Part shown: positions 44,492-52,863 of the stretch, one piece after another
Numbering within the stretch: the first letter of the stretch is position 1
Layout of the letters: every line of letters begins with the position of its first letter
Origin: Acidobacteriota bacterium
GTDB taxonomy: Bacteria > Acidobacteriota > Vicinamibacteria > Vicinamibacterales > UBA2999
Direction: 5' to 3'
DNA length: 64,000 nt
Assembly (NCBI GenBank): GCA_016213695.1
Contig: JACQZV010000005.1
Coordinates: 9,775-73,774 of the forward strand
Made by a program: the position numbers and the translations under genes
Notes under the pieces: model-generated
Database searches by the model: none
What the model was told of the DNA's origin: nothing
Seen by the model: only the letters and a program-made list of their open reading frames with translations

Positions 44492-44965
44492 ATGCTGCTC
44501 GAGTTGTGCCGCTGGGTTCAGTATTCGCCGCCGCTGGTCGCCATGCGCGGGTCGCCCATCCTCTTTCCCATTGTTGCCACGATTCACCTGATGGGCCTGG
44601 CCGTGGTTGGCGGCTCCGTGCTGCTTGTCGACCTTCGTCTTCTCGGCCTTGGACTGCGGAGGCAACCGGTGGCGGTCCTGGCGCGCGACGCCGATCGCTG
44701 GTTATTCCGGGGGCTTGTCGTGATGGTGTCCACCGGAATCCTGCTTTTCATGTGCTTCGCCACGAAGTACTACTACCTCACATTCTTCTGGGTAAAGATG
44801 GCGGCGCTGTGCGCCGTGATCGCCTTCACGGTATCGGTCCGCCGCCGGATCATCATGGGCCATGAGGGGGGCGTGAGCGCGGCGTCGGGCCGGCTCGTGG
44901 CGCTTGTGTCGCTGGCCTTGTGGACCACAGTGGCTCTCGGAGGTCGCTACATCGGGTTTCCCTGA
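44492..44965 (+). CDS. Four-TM membrane protein D2 (paralog of D1)
   Basis: It starts 2 nt after the D1 stop. The motif ILFPIVATIHLMGLAVVGGSVLLVDLRLLG aligns with D1. Confidence 0.6.
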   Translation: MLLELCRWVQYSPPLVAMRGSPILFPIVATIHLMGLAVVGGSVLLVDLRLLGLGLRRQPVAVLARDADRWLFRGLVVMVSTGILLFMCFATKYYYLTFFWVKMAALCAVIAFTVSVRRRIIMGHEGGVSAASGRLVALVSLALWTTVALGGRYIGFP

Positions 44966-44970
44966 TCCGG

Positions 44971-44997
44971 CACCGCCCGCTGCCGGCGTGGGCGGTG
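44971..44997 (+). other. Intercistronic stem-loop between D2 and TBDR4
   Basis: Perfect 8-bp stem CACCGCCC / GGGCGGTG with an 11-nt loop and no T-tract. The SD GGAAGGAGAGG follows, before ATG 45027. Confidence 0.3.
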
Positions 44998-45026
44998 ACC
45001 GCTCTTCAGGTGGAAGGAGAGGAAGC

Positions 45027-48002
45027 ATGCGGACCGAGCGAGTTCGGCGTCTGGCTGCACTGTTGTTCTCCCTGCTCGTACCCGGCTCGGCGTGGGCGCA
45101 GAGCAGTATTACCGGTACGGTGCGGGACGGATCCGGCGCCGTCCTCCCGGGCGTCACTGTCGATGCGACCAGTCCCGCGCTCATCGAAGGCACCCGGACC
45201 GCCGTGACCGACAGCCAGGGAGCCTACCGTGTCGTCGATCTGCGGCCCGGTGTCTACACGGTGACCTTCAGTCTGGCCGGGTTCAGTACGCTCAAGCGTG
45301 AGGGGCTCCAGCTGCCCGCCGAGTTCACGGCAACCGTCAACGGCGAGATGGCAGTCGGGGCGCTGGAGGAGACGATCACCGTCTCAGGAGAGGCGCCGAC
45401 CGTCGACCTGCGCAGTTCCCGCGCGCAGGTGCAGTTTGCGCAGGAAACCCTGCAGTCGCTCCCTGGCACGGGCCGTCTGGCGACGCTCTCGGCCATCATT
45501 CCCGGTGCGACGTTGCGGCGCGAGAACGACCGGGGTGTCGGCGGGCTGAGCGACCGCACGCAGACGGCGTACAGCGTCCATGGCGCCCCTGAGGCGCAGC
45601 CGGTCGTCGACGGCATGAACCACCAGGTGGCGAGCCTGACGTCCGGCGTGTTCGTGTACAACCAGATCAATATCCAGGAAGTGGTGGTCGAGACGAGCGG
45701 TGTGGGCGCGGACCGCGATACCGGCGGCATGCAGTTGAACATGATTGCCAAGGATGGGGGCAATACCTTCTCCGGCATCGCGACGTTCGCGTACGTCGGT
45801 CCGAGTCTTGAGACGAGCAACATCAACGACGAGCTTCTCGCCCGGCACCTCGATCCGAACAGGGTCGGCTCGATCAAGAAGTTCAGGGACTCGGCGTTCG
45901 CCCTCGGCGGGCCGATTCGCCGCAACAAGCTGTGGTTCTTCGCGGGGGTCCGAGAAGGCGTGACGCAGCAGTACGCGGAGGGCGTCTACTACAACCGGCT
46001 CAAGCAGCCCGACTCGCTCCTGTACGAACCCGACCCGAGCCGGCCGGCCCATACCGACGACTACAGCCGGGACGTCAGCCTCCGTCTGACATGGCAGGCA
46101 TCCGAGAAGCACAAAGTGGTTCTGGCCAATTCGTTTCAGCCGAACTGCACCTGCGTATTCAACCTGCTGAATCCCGGCACGCGCAGAACGCCAGAGGCAT
46201 CAGGGCCCCATCACTACAATCCGCACTACCTTCCCAGCGTCGCCTGGACCTACCCGGCGACCAGCCGCGTGCTGTTTGAGGCCGGTGGGACGGCGTACAT
46301 CATCAACCAGAACGACAAACGGGAGCCGGGTGTCAGGGAGACCGACCTCCAGATCACCGATCAGGGGCTCAACCTGATGTACGGCAACATTCCCACTCGA
46401 ACCCTTCCCCGGCGGCAGTACCAGGGACGGGTCGCGGTGTCCCGTATCACAGGTCCGCACAGCTTGAAGACCGGCTTCACGGTGAGGCAGGTGCGAATCG
46501 GCGACATCGAGAGACTCGGCCACGACTTGTGGATGCACAACGGCTCGATCAACTACCGTTTTCGCGACGGGATCCCCAATCAGCTGACGCTTACCGATGC
46601 GCCCTGGAACTTCGAGGAATCCGTTCGTGACTTTGCCGTGTACGCCCAGGACCAATGGACGATACAGCGCCTCACGTTGAACATGGGTCTGCGCTACAGC
46701 GACGCCAAGGCGTGGACGCCGGAGCAGGTGCTCGCTGCGGGCTTTTTCGTGCCCGAGCGGCGGTTCGCGGCGGTGGAGAACGTGCCGCACTATCGCAACC
46801 TCAGCCCGCGAGTGGGCCTCGCCTACGACCTGTTCGGGACGGGCAGGACGGCGCTGAAGGCCTCGCTCGGGCACTACCCCGATCGCGTCATTCAAGCGTC
46901 GGCGAACCCTGCGGTGAACCTGACGCGCAACACCAGCCGCAACTGGGCCGACACCAACAGGAACTATCGTCCGGACTGCGAGCTGCTCAACCCCGCGGCA
47001 AACGGCGAGTGCGGCGCCTGGTCGAACCTGAACTTCGGGCGGGCGAGGGTCGAAACGCGGTACGCCGCCGACGCGCAGAGCGGATTCAACAACCAGTTCG
47101 ACAACTGGCAGGGCTCGGTGTCGGTGCAGCACGAGATCGGTCCCGGCGTGGCGTTGAACGTCGGCTACTTCCGCACCTGGTACGGCGGCTTTGTGGCGAC
47201 CGACAATCAACTGGTCGGGTCGTCCGACTTCGACGCTTTCTGCGTCACTGTCCCCGTGGACCAGCGGTTGCCGAACAGCGGGCAGCAGTTGTGCGGCCTG
47301 TACGACGTCAGGCCCGCCGCCTTTGGCCTCGTCGACAACCTGACCACGCTTGCGTCGCACTATGGAAAACAGACGCAGGTCTTCAACGGCATGGATATGA
47401 CCGTGAGCGCGCGGTTCGCGGACCGCGGCCAGCTGTCCGGCGGCGTCAGCCTGGGCCGGACGGTGACCGACAACTGCTATCAGAACGACGACCCGTCGGT
47501 GCTCGGCCAGAACGCGCTCGCGACCTATCCCCGCACAGAGGCGTTTTGCCATCTTGCGCCGCCCTGGTCGGCCGGGGCGCAGATCAAGTTGATTGCCGTG
47601 TATCCACTCCCGTGGAGCATCCAGACGAGCGCGATCTACCAGAATAGCCCCGGCATTCCGCTGACGGCCCAGTACGTGGCGAGCAACGCCGCGATTGTGC
47701 CGTCGCTCGGCCGGAACCTCGGGTCGTGTCGCGGGGCCGCCACGTGCAACGGCAATATCACGGTGGACTTGATTCCTCCGACGGTTCTCTTCGAGCCGCG
47801 GCTCCAGCAGCTGGATCTGCGATTTTCCCGGATTGTGCGCCTGGGCGCGACGCGCCGGCTGCGCGGCGACCTGGACATCTACAACGTCTTCAACGCCAGC
47901 AACGTCATCAGCATGAATACAACCTACGGGTCTGGCTGGCGGGACGTGCGACAGATTCTGGGCGGGCGCCTCCTGCGCCTCGGCGGGCAGTTCGACTTCT
48001 AG
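45027..48002 (+). CDS. TonB-dependent receptor with carboxypeptidase-regulatory-like domain (TBDR4)
   Basis: ATG 45027 gives signal peptide ..VPGSAWAQ. The CarboxypepD_reg-like block is GTVRDGSGAVLPGVTVDATSPALIEG..YRVVDLRPGVYTVTFSLAGFSTL. It ends ..LRLGGQFDF and is closest to TBDR3. Confidence 0.85.
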   Translation: MRTERVRRLAALLFSLLVPGSAWAQSSITGTVRDGSGAVLPGVTVDATSPALIEGTRTAVTDSQGAYRVVDLRPGVYTVTFSLAGFSTLKREGLQLPAEFTATVNGEMAVGALEETITVSGEAPTVDLRSSRAQVQFAQETLQSLPGTGRLATLSAIIPGATLRRENDRGVGGLSDRTQTAYSVHGAPEAQPVVDGMNHQVASLTSGVFVYNQINIQEVVVETSGVGADRDTGGMQLNMIAKDGGNTFSGIATFAYVGPSLETSNINDELLARHLDPNRVGSIKKFRDSAFALGGPIRRNKLWFFAGVREGVTQQYAEGVYYNRLKQPDSLLYEPDPSRPAHTDDYSRDVSLRLTWQASEKHKVVLANSFQPNCTCVFNLLNPGTRRTPEASGPHHYNPHYLPSVAWTYPATSRVLFEAGGTAYIINQNDKREPGVRETDLQITDQGLNLMYGNIPTRTLPRRQYQGRVAVSRITGPHSLKTGFTVRQVRIGDIERLGHDLWMHNGSINYRFRDGIPNQLTLTDAPWNFEESVRDFAVYAQDQWTIQRLTLNMGLRYSDAKAWTPEQVLAAGFFVPERRFAAVENVPHYRNLSPRVGLAYDLFGTGRTALKASLGHYPDRVIQASANPAVNLTRNTSRNWADTNRNYRPDCELLNPAANGECGAWSNLNFGRARVETRYAADAQSGFNNQFDNWQGSVSVQHEIGPGVALNVGYFRTWYGGFVATDNQLVGSSDFDAFCVTVPVDQRLPNSGQQLCGLYDVRPAAFGLVDNLTTLASHYGKQTQVFNGMDMTVSARFADRGQLSGGVSLGRTVTDNCYQNDDPSVLGQNALATYPRTEAFCHLAPPWSAGAQIKLIAVYPLPWSIQTSAIYQNSPGIPLTAQYVASNAAIVPSLGRNLGSCRGAATCNGNITVDLIPPTVLFEPRLQQLDLRFSRIVRLGATRRLRGDLDIYNVFNASNVISMNTTYGSGWRDVRQILGGRLLRLGGQFDF

Positions 48003-48193
48003 TGGATCAGCCGCGGGCCCGCTTTTCGTACACGCTATGCAATTCCGATATAGCGCGGTGGACCGTATCCCATTCTGAGTCTTCCCCGGAGCGGCCGTAA
48101 CTGACTGATCTGGAAGCAGCTTAGGGGTTTTATCGGCAGTCCGGAACACCGATTGCTCCTGCCCGGTGCAGCTCCTCCCCCCGGAGGATTCGT

Positions 48194-49222
48194 ATGCACG
48201 CTATTGGTCTGCGTAGCTGGTTCCTGGTCGGGCTCGCGGCCGCCGCCCTGACGGTCGGCTGTGGCTCTGGTAACGCCCTGTATTCGCCGACCGCCCCCAC
48301 GGGTGCGCCCGGGTTGACGACCCTGACGGCCGATGACGGGCTGGCCGCTTCTGCCAGCGCAGCTCAGGAGAGCGGGTTCTCCACGCTCGGGAAGGGTGGC
48401 GGTGGAACCGATGGCCACGGCAGGGACGGCGACAAGGACAAGGAGAAGGAAGCGGAGAGGGCTGAGAGGGGCAAGGGCGGCCATGCGCCCGACGCGGACG
48501 ACGCCGCCGGCCACCCCGGGCGCAGCCACGAAGACAAGGTCGAAGGCTTTGTCAGCGCCACGAGCGCCGACACGCTGACTGTTCGCGGTGTCACCGTCAA
48601 GATCGTTCCGACAACGGTGATTCGCCATGGGCACAGGGTCCTGACAGCGGCGGCTATCGCGGTCGGCGACCATGTGCAGGCGCGCGGCACGATGAACGCC
48701 GACGAGACGGTGCTGACCGCGATGGAAATCAAGGTTGAGGACACCGGAGACGACAACGACGACGATGAGGACGGTGAAGATGCGGCCGGCGTGGCATTGC
48801 GGGGCGTCGTCGCCGGGCTGACGACGGGTACGACGGGTTGTCCGAACCTGACGTTCACGGTCGGCGTCGTGACTGTAAAGACGGGCAGCCGCACGACGTT
48901 CGATGACGTCACATGCGCCGCGCTCGCCAACGGGAACATCGTCGAGGTGAAGGGATCGACACAGCTCGACGGGTCGGTGCTGGCCGCGACCGTGGAACTC
49001 GAGGCCGGGCCGAACCAGGTTGAGGGGAGGATTGCCGGACTCGCGGGAACGGCCTCCTGCCCGGCGGTGACGTTCACGGTGGGGACGATCACCGTGACGA
49101 CCAGCGCCTCGACGACCTATACGGGGGTCACGTGTGCGACGCTGGCCAACGCGACCAAGGTGGAAGTCGAAGGGACGCTGAGCGGCGCGACGCTCGCGGC
49201 CGCGTCCATCGAGAAGAAATAG
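48194..49222 (+). CDS. Lipoprotein with three DUF5666-like repeats and an acidic/His-rich linker
   Basis: Lipobox LTVGC. Three ~65-aa repeats have the pattern VEG.(V/I)..L....TV.GVTV.T...T......C..L..G..VEV.G......L.A..(I/V)E. Low-complexity linkers are GHGRDGDKDKEKEAERAERGKGGH and TGDDNDDDEDGED. Confidence 0.65.
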   Translation: MHAIGLRSWFLVGLAAAALTVGCGSGNALYSPTAPTGAPGLTTLTADDGLAASASAAQESGFSTLGKGGGGTDGHGRDGDKDKEKEAERAERGKGGHAPDADDAAGHPGRSHEDKVEGFVSATSADTLTVRGVTVKIVPTTVIRHGHRVLTAAAIAVGDHVQARGTMNADETVLTAMEIKVEDTGDDNDDDEDGEDAAGVALRGVVAGLTTGTTGCPNLTFTVGVVTVKTGSRTTFDDVTCAALANGNIVEVKGSTQLDGSVLAATVELEAGPNQVEGRIAGLAGTASCPAVTFTVGTITVTTSASTTYTGVTCATLANATKVEVEGTLSGATLAAASIEKK

Positions 49223-49241
49223 CTCGTGGCGCCGGAGGTCT

Positions 49242-50180
49242 CTAACGCTGCGCGGTCTGGGCGGGAACGGGCTTGATCACGCCGTTCTTCGTGAGGAACG
49301 CTTCGATCGCCGCCCAGGCGCGCAGCATCTGTTCGCGCGGAAAGTTGCCGTGACCTCCGCCAGGTACTGTGAAGAGTTCCGCCGCCACGCCGGCCTTCTT
49401 CAGCGCTTCGATCTCGCTGACCCCCTGTTCGTAGGGAACCGTCGGGTCGGCGTCGCCATGAATGTGGATCGTCGGCGGCAGACCCGGACGGACGTAGGTG
49501 GCCGACGACACGAGCCTGGCCACGTCCATCCGATTGGGCTGAGGCCCGATCCAGGAGACCGCGTAGTCACGGGCCGGATCGTCAACGAGCTTGGTGTAGT
49601 CGAATACGCCGTACCAACTGACGATGGCGGCCACCTTGATCGGCTCACGCCCGGGGCAGCGGCGATCGAGTCCGGCCGATTCGGGAATCATGCCCGCAAT
49701 CGACGCGAGGTGCCCGCCGGCTGACTGGCCCGTGATGACAAGCCGGTTCGCATCGATGTTGTACTGCTTGGCGTTCTGGGCCAGCCAGCGGAGCGCGCAC
49801 CGCGCATCCTCGACCGCGGCCGGCGCCAGGGCGACGCCGCTCGATCGGTACTCCACGTTGACGGCGTTGAATCCCATCTGCAACCACGGCAGCATGTTCA
49901 GTACGGAGGCTTCCTTGACCGAGGCGGCGCGGTAGCCGCCGCCATGGAAGAACACGGCTGTCGGCAACGGCGCTGCGATGCCTCGCGGCCGGTAGATGTC
50001 GAGCTTCAGATCCACGCCGCTGGCGGTGAGATACGTGAGGTTGGGGCTGACCTGCGTGCCCGTCGCAAGAAAGCCGGCAAACGCGGCGGCATCGTCGGCA
50101 GGCCGCTGGGCGAGGGCTGCCGGGGACGGGAGCACGAACAGAGCGCCGCTCATGAGCGCCAGCACGAGGACACGTGGCAT
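49242..50180 (-). CDS. Secreted alpha/beta hydrolase (esterase/lipase, HGGG type)
   Basis: Signal peptide, oxyanion-hole motif FFHGGGY, nucleophile elbow GQSAGGHLA, and HGDADPTVP near the C-terminus. Confidence 0.8.
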   Translation of the reverse strand: MPRVLVLALMSGALFVLPSPAALAQRPADDAAAFAGFLATGTQVSPNLTYLTASGVDLKLDIYRPRGIAAPLPTAVFFHGGGYRAASVKEASVLNMLPWLQMGFNAVNVEYRSSGVALAPAAVEDARCALRWLAQNAKQYNIDANRLVITGQSAGGHLASIAGMIPESAGLDRRCPGREPIKVAAIVSWYGVFDYTKLVDDPARDYAVSWIGPQPNRMDVARLVSSATYVRPGLPPTIHIHGDADPTVPYEQGVSEIEALKKAGVAAELFTVPGGGHGNFPREQMLRAWAAIEAFLTKNGVIKPVPAQTAQR

Positions 50181-50207
50181 GGAGGTTCTCCCTGGGCGGG
50201 AACTATA

Positions 50208-50249
50208 TCAAGTCACAGAGCTCAAGTCACAAGGCACAAGGCACAAGGC
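50208..50249. repeat. Tandem heptanucleotide array, reverse-complement copy of the 14404 element
   Basis: The plus strand reads ATCAAGT CACAGAG CTCAAGT CACAAGG CACAAGG CACAAGG. The reverse complement is CCTTGTG x3, then ACTTGAG CTCTGTG ACTTGAT. Confidence 0.85.
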
Positions 50250-50263
50250 CGCTGCGTCGATCC

Positions 50264-51016
50264 TCAGACGTAGCGCCAGCGGAGCAGACGCCGCTCCAGG
50301 CGTTCCGCCAGCGCGAAGAGCACGAGCGCGCACGCCATGATGAGGACGATGAGTGCGAGGGTGAGCGCCGCGTTGTACGTGCTCTGTGCGAACTGGAGGA
50401 GATAGCCGAGCCCGCGGGTGGAGGCCACGAACTCGCCCACGACCGCGCCGGTAAAGGCGAAGCCGACGGCGATCTTCAGGTTCCCGAGCACCCAGGCTGC
50501 GATGGAGGGGAGATAGACCTCCTGAATCAGCGCCCGTCTCCCGCCCCCGAGCGTGCGGACCCGTTCGACCAGCCGCCGGTCCACTTCCTTGATTCCGCTG
50601 TAGACGGCAAAGAAGATCAGCACGGCCACCAGGATGAGCGCCAGCGCGATCTTAGAGGCGAGACCGATGCCCAGCCAGATGACGAAGAGCGGCGCCAGAA
50701 TGACGCGGGGGATGGCGTTGAGCAGGATCATCACGGGTTCAAGCAGTTCCGCGACGCCAGGGAGCAGCGCGGCGGCGAATCCGAGCAGCATGCCCAATGC
50801 CACGCCGGCCAACAACCCTGCGAATGCCGACACGAGCGTCGCTTCGAGATGCCTCCAGATGTCGCCCTGCACAAAGAGGGAGACGAGCACCGACGCGACA
50901 CGGGAGGGCGCCGGCGCGTAGAAGGGGTCGATCCAGCCGGCCCGGGCGGCCGTTTCCCACGCCGCCGCGAGGAGGAGGAACGCCGCCGTCCGCCTGGTGC
51001 CGGGTCGCGCGGTCAT
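50264..51016 (-). CDS. ABC transporter permease (NitT/TauT nitrate/sulfonate/taurine family)
   Basis: Six hydrophobic segments with an EAA-like loop region. It overlaps the upstream ATPase gene by 4 nt. Confidence 0.78.
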   Translation of the reverse strand: MTARPGTRRTAAFLLLAAAWETAARAGWIDPFYAPAPSRVASVLVSLFVQGDIWRHLEATLVSAFAGLLAGVALGMLLGFAAALLPGVAELLEPVMILLNAIPRVILAPLFVIWLGIGLASKIALALILVAVLIFFAVYSGIKEVDRRLVERVRTLGGGRRALIQEVYLPSIAAWVLGNLKIAVGFAFTGAVVGEFVASTRGLGYLLQFAQSTYNAALTLALIVLIMACALVLFALAERLERRLLRWRYV

Positions 51017-51735
51017 TCCAGGTCCTTCCAGAGCCGCTGCAGGAGCGGTGCGAACGCCTGGTCGGCGCGCGAGGCGAGGACGTGGCGCGGACGTGGGATC
51101 GGGACGGGATGTGCGGCGCGAATGGTCGCGCGCGGCCCCTGCGACAGCACATAGACCGCGTCGGAGAGCGTAATCGCCTCTTCGAGATCGTGCGTCACGA
51201 GCAGGACGGTCAGGTGCTTGCGCTCAACCCAGGTGAGCAACTCCTCGGTGAGGCGCATGCGCACGATGGCGTCGAGCGACGCGAACGGCTCGTCCATCAG
51301 CAGCAGCCGCGGCTCGAGGGCGAGCACCTGGGCGATGGCGACACGCTTGCGCTGGCCGCCGGAGAGCTGGCGGGGGTAGCGGTCTTCCAGGCCTGCAAGG
51401 CCGAGGGACACGAGCCATCCCTGCGCGGTGGCGGCGGCGGCTTCCGGCGCGACGCCCCGAATGCGCAGGCCCAGCGTGACGTTCTCGCGCACCGTCCGCC
51501 ACGGAAGCAGCGCGTCGTCCTGGAACAGGAAACCGACGTCCGCAGCGTGGACGCCAAGATCGACCTCGCCGTGTGTGGGGGTCAGGAGGCCGGTGACCGC
51601 CCGCAGGATGCTGGTCTTGCCCGACCCGGATGGCCCGACGAGACTCGCGAACTGCCCGACCTGGACGTCGAGGTCGATGCCGTCGAGGACCGGCTCAGCG
51701 CCATAGGCGACGGTGAGCCCGCGGATGCGAAGCAC
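51013..51735 (-). CDS. ABC transporter ATP-binding protein (NitT/TauT family)
   Basis: Walker A GPSGSGKTS, signature LSGGQRKRVAIA, Walker B LLLMDEPF. The GTG start abuts the SBP stop (TAAGTG). Confidence 0.88.
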   Translation of the reverse strand: MLRIRGLTVAYGAEPVLDGIDLDVQVGQFASLVGPSGSGKTSILRAVTGLLTPTHGEVDLGVHAADVGFLFQDDALLPWRTVRENVTLGLRIRGVAPEAAAATAQGWLVSLGLAGLEDRYPRQLSGGQRKRVAIAQVLALEPRLLLMDEPFASLDAIVRMRLTEELLTWVERKHLTVLLVTHDLEEAITLSDAVYVLSQGPRATIRAAHPVPIPRPRHVLASRADQAFAPLLQRLWKDLE

Positions 51736-52842
51736 TTACGTGCCGAGCACGGCGGTGTCGAGTACCTGAGCAAGGTCCACCCGGCCGGCCTCCAGGATGC
51801 CCGCGATCTCCTGTGACTGCGCCACGCGACGGGCGGCATCAAGCTCGATCGCGGCCCGCTCGGGATAGAGGGAGCGGCGGTAGCGCTCGAGAATCCTCTC
51901 GAGCTGCGCGACGTCGCTGCCGGCGACAAGGGCGGGAGGCAGCGCGGCGATGATGTCGGCGGGCGGAATGGTGCGCGTGTCGGCCAGGCCGCGCTCGAGG
52001 GCTGCGGCGAGCCGGCGCATCTCGGCGAGGCGCGCGTCACGCTCGGCGGCACGCACCGAGACCCCCATGAACTCGTAGGGGCCGCCGAGGTACCGTCGGG
52101 CCTGCTCGATGTCCATGAAATTCACCAGCTCGCGTCCTCCCGCCGCGACGATGAGCGTCAGGGCCGGCTCCTGCACCATGGCGGCGTCAACCTGACCGAT
52201 CCGCAGCGCGTCGAAGACATTGGTGCCGATGGTCGCAAACTCCACCCGGCGCGCGGCGATACCAGCCTGGTCGAGCAGGAACAGCAGCAGGGCGTGGTCG
52301 GCATTTCCCTGGCCGGAGATGGCCACGGTCGTGCCCTCGAGGTCCTTGACCGTGCGGATCGCCGCGCTTCGGCCTGGCGCGACGGCCAGGGCATAGAGCG
52401 GCAGGCGGCCGGTGGAGGCGAAGCGGCGGATGGCGGCCCCGTTTGCGACAGCCTGAAGCGCCACGTCGAACGACGTGCCCGCGTACTCGACGGCGCCGCC
52501 AACCAGCGCCTGCATCGCGGCGTTGCCCCCGCGCGTGTACACGAGCTCCACGGCGAGGCCCTCCGCCGCAAAATGTCCGCGCGCCCGCGCGACCTCGTAC
52601 GGGACGACGCACAGCAGTTGTCCGCAGAAAGCGAGGCGGACGGTCGCGCCGGCCTGCGGCTGGCGGCTGCAGGCGGCGAGCGCCAGCCCGCCGGCGGCCG
52701 TCGCCAGTCCCTTCAGCGCGGATCGGCGGTCGAACGACGATGGAACCGGCCGGTCGTGCGGACCCTCGCGCACGAGGCCGGCAAGTTCAGGTCGTGTTGC
52801 GTCGCAGCACCCCATGGCAACGGGTCTCAGTGTATGGGTCAA
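51736..52842 (-). CDS. ABC transporter periplasmic substrate-binding protein (NMT1/THI5-like)
   Basis: Tat/lipoprotein-like leader RRSALKGLATAAGGLALAAC, followed by an SBP-like fold. The start is uncertain (52842 or the internal Met at 52815). Confidence 0.7.
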   Translation of the reverse strand: MTHTLRPVAMGCCDATRPELAGLVREGPHDRPVPSSFDRRSALKGLATAAGGLALAACSRQPQAGATVRLAFCGQLLCVVPYEVARARGHFAAEGLAVELVYTRGGNAAMQALVGGAVEYAGTSFDVALQAVANGAAIRRFASTGRLPLYALAVAPGRSAAIRTVKDLEGTTVAISGQGNADHALLLFLLDQAGIAARRVEFATIGTNVFDALRIGQVDAAMVQEPALTLIVAAGGRELVNFMDIEQARRYLGGPYEFMGVSVRAAERDARLAEMRRLAAALERGLADTRTIPPADIIAALPPALVAGSDVAQLERILERYRRSLYPERAAIELDAARRVAQSQEIAGILEAGRVDLAQVLDTAVLGT

Positions 52843-52863
52843 TCCCGAAGGGGAGAGCGCAAC

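Noticed and set aside
48011-48027. The palindrome GCGGGCCCGC followed by TTTT just after the TBDR4 stop, as an intrinsic terminator.
   Set aside because: Once a minimal loop is allowed, only a 3-bp stem can form. That is too weak to call, although transcription may still end in the AT-richer 48003-48193 spacer.
46200-48149. A 649-aa minus-strand ORF; similar antisense ORFs occur at 30183-32024, 22662-23738, 23748-24917 and 37087-38181.
   Set aside because: All lie antisense to the TonB-dependent receptor genes, whose own frames show a signal peptide, a CarboxypepD_reg-like domain and a C-terminal aromatic OMP signature.
17584-49222. Calling the whole accessory cluster a genomic island or prophage integrated at tRNA-Pro.
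   Set aside because: I saw no integrase, excisionase, transposase, phage or conjugation gene, and I found no distal copy of the tRNA 3' repeat by eye. The composition looks similar to the flanks. Only the 93-bp-spaced scar is supportable.
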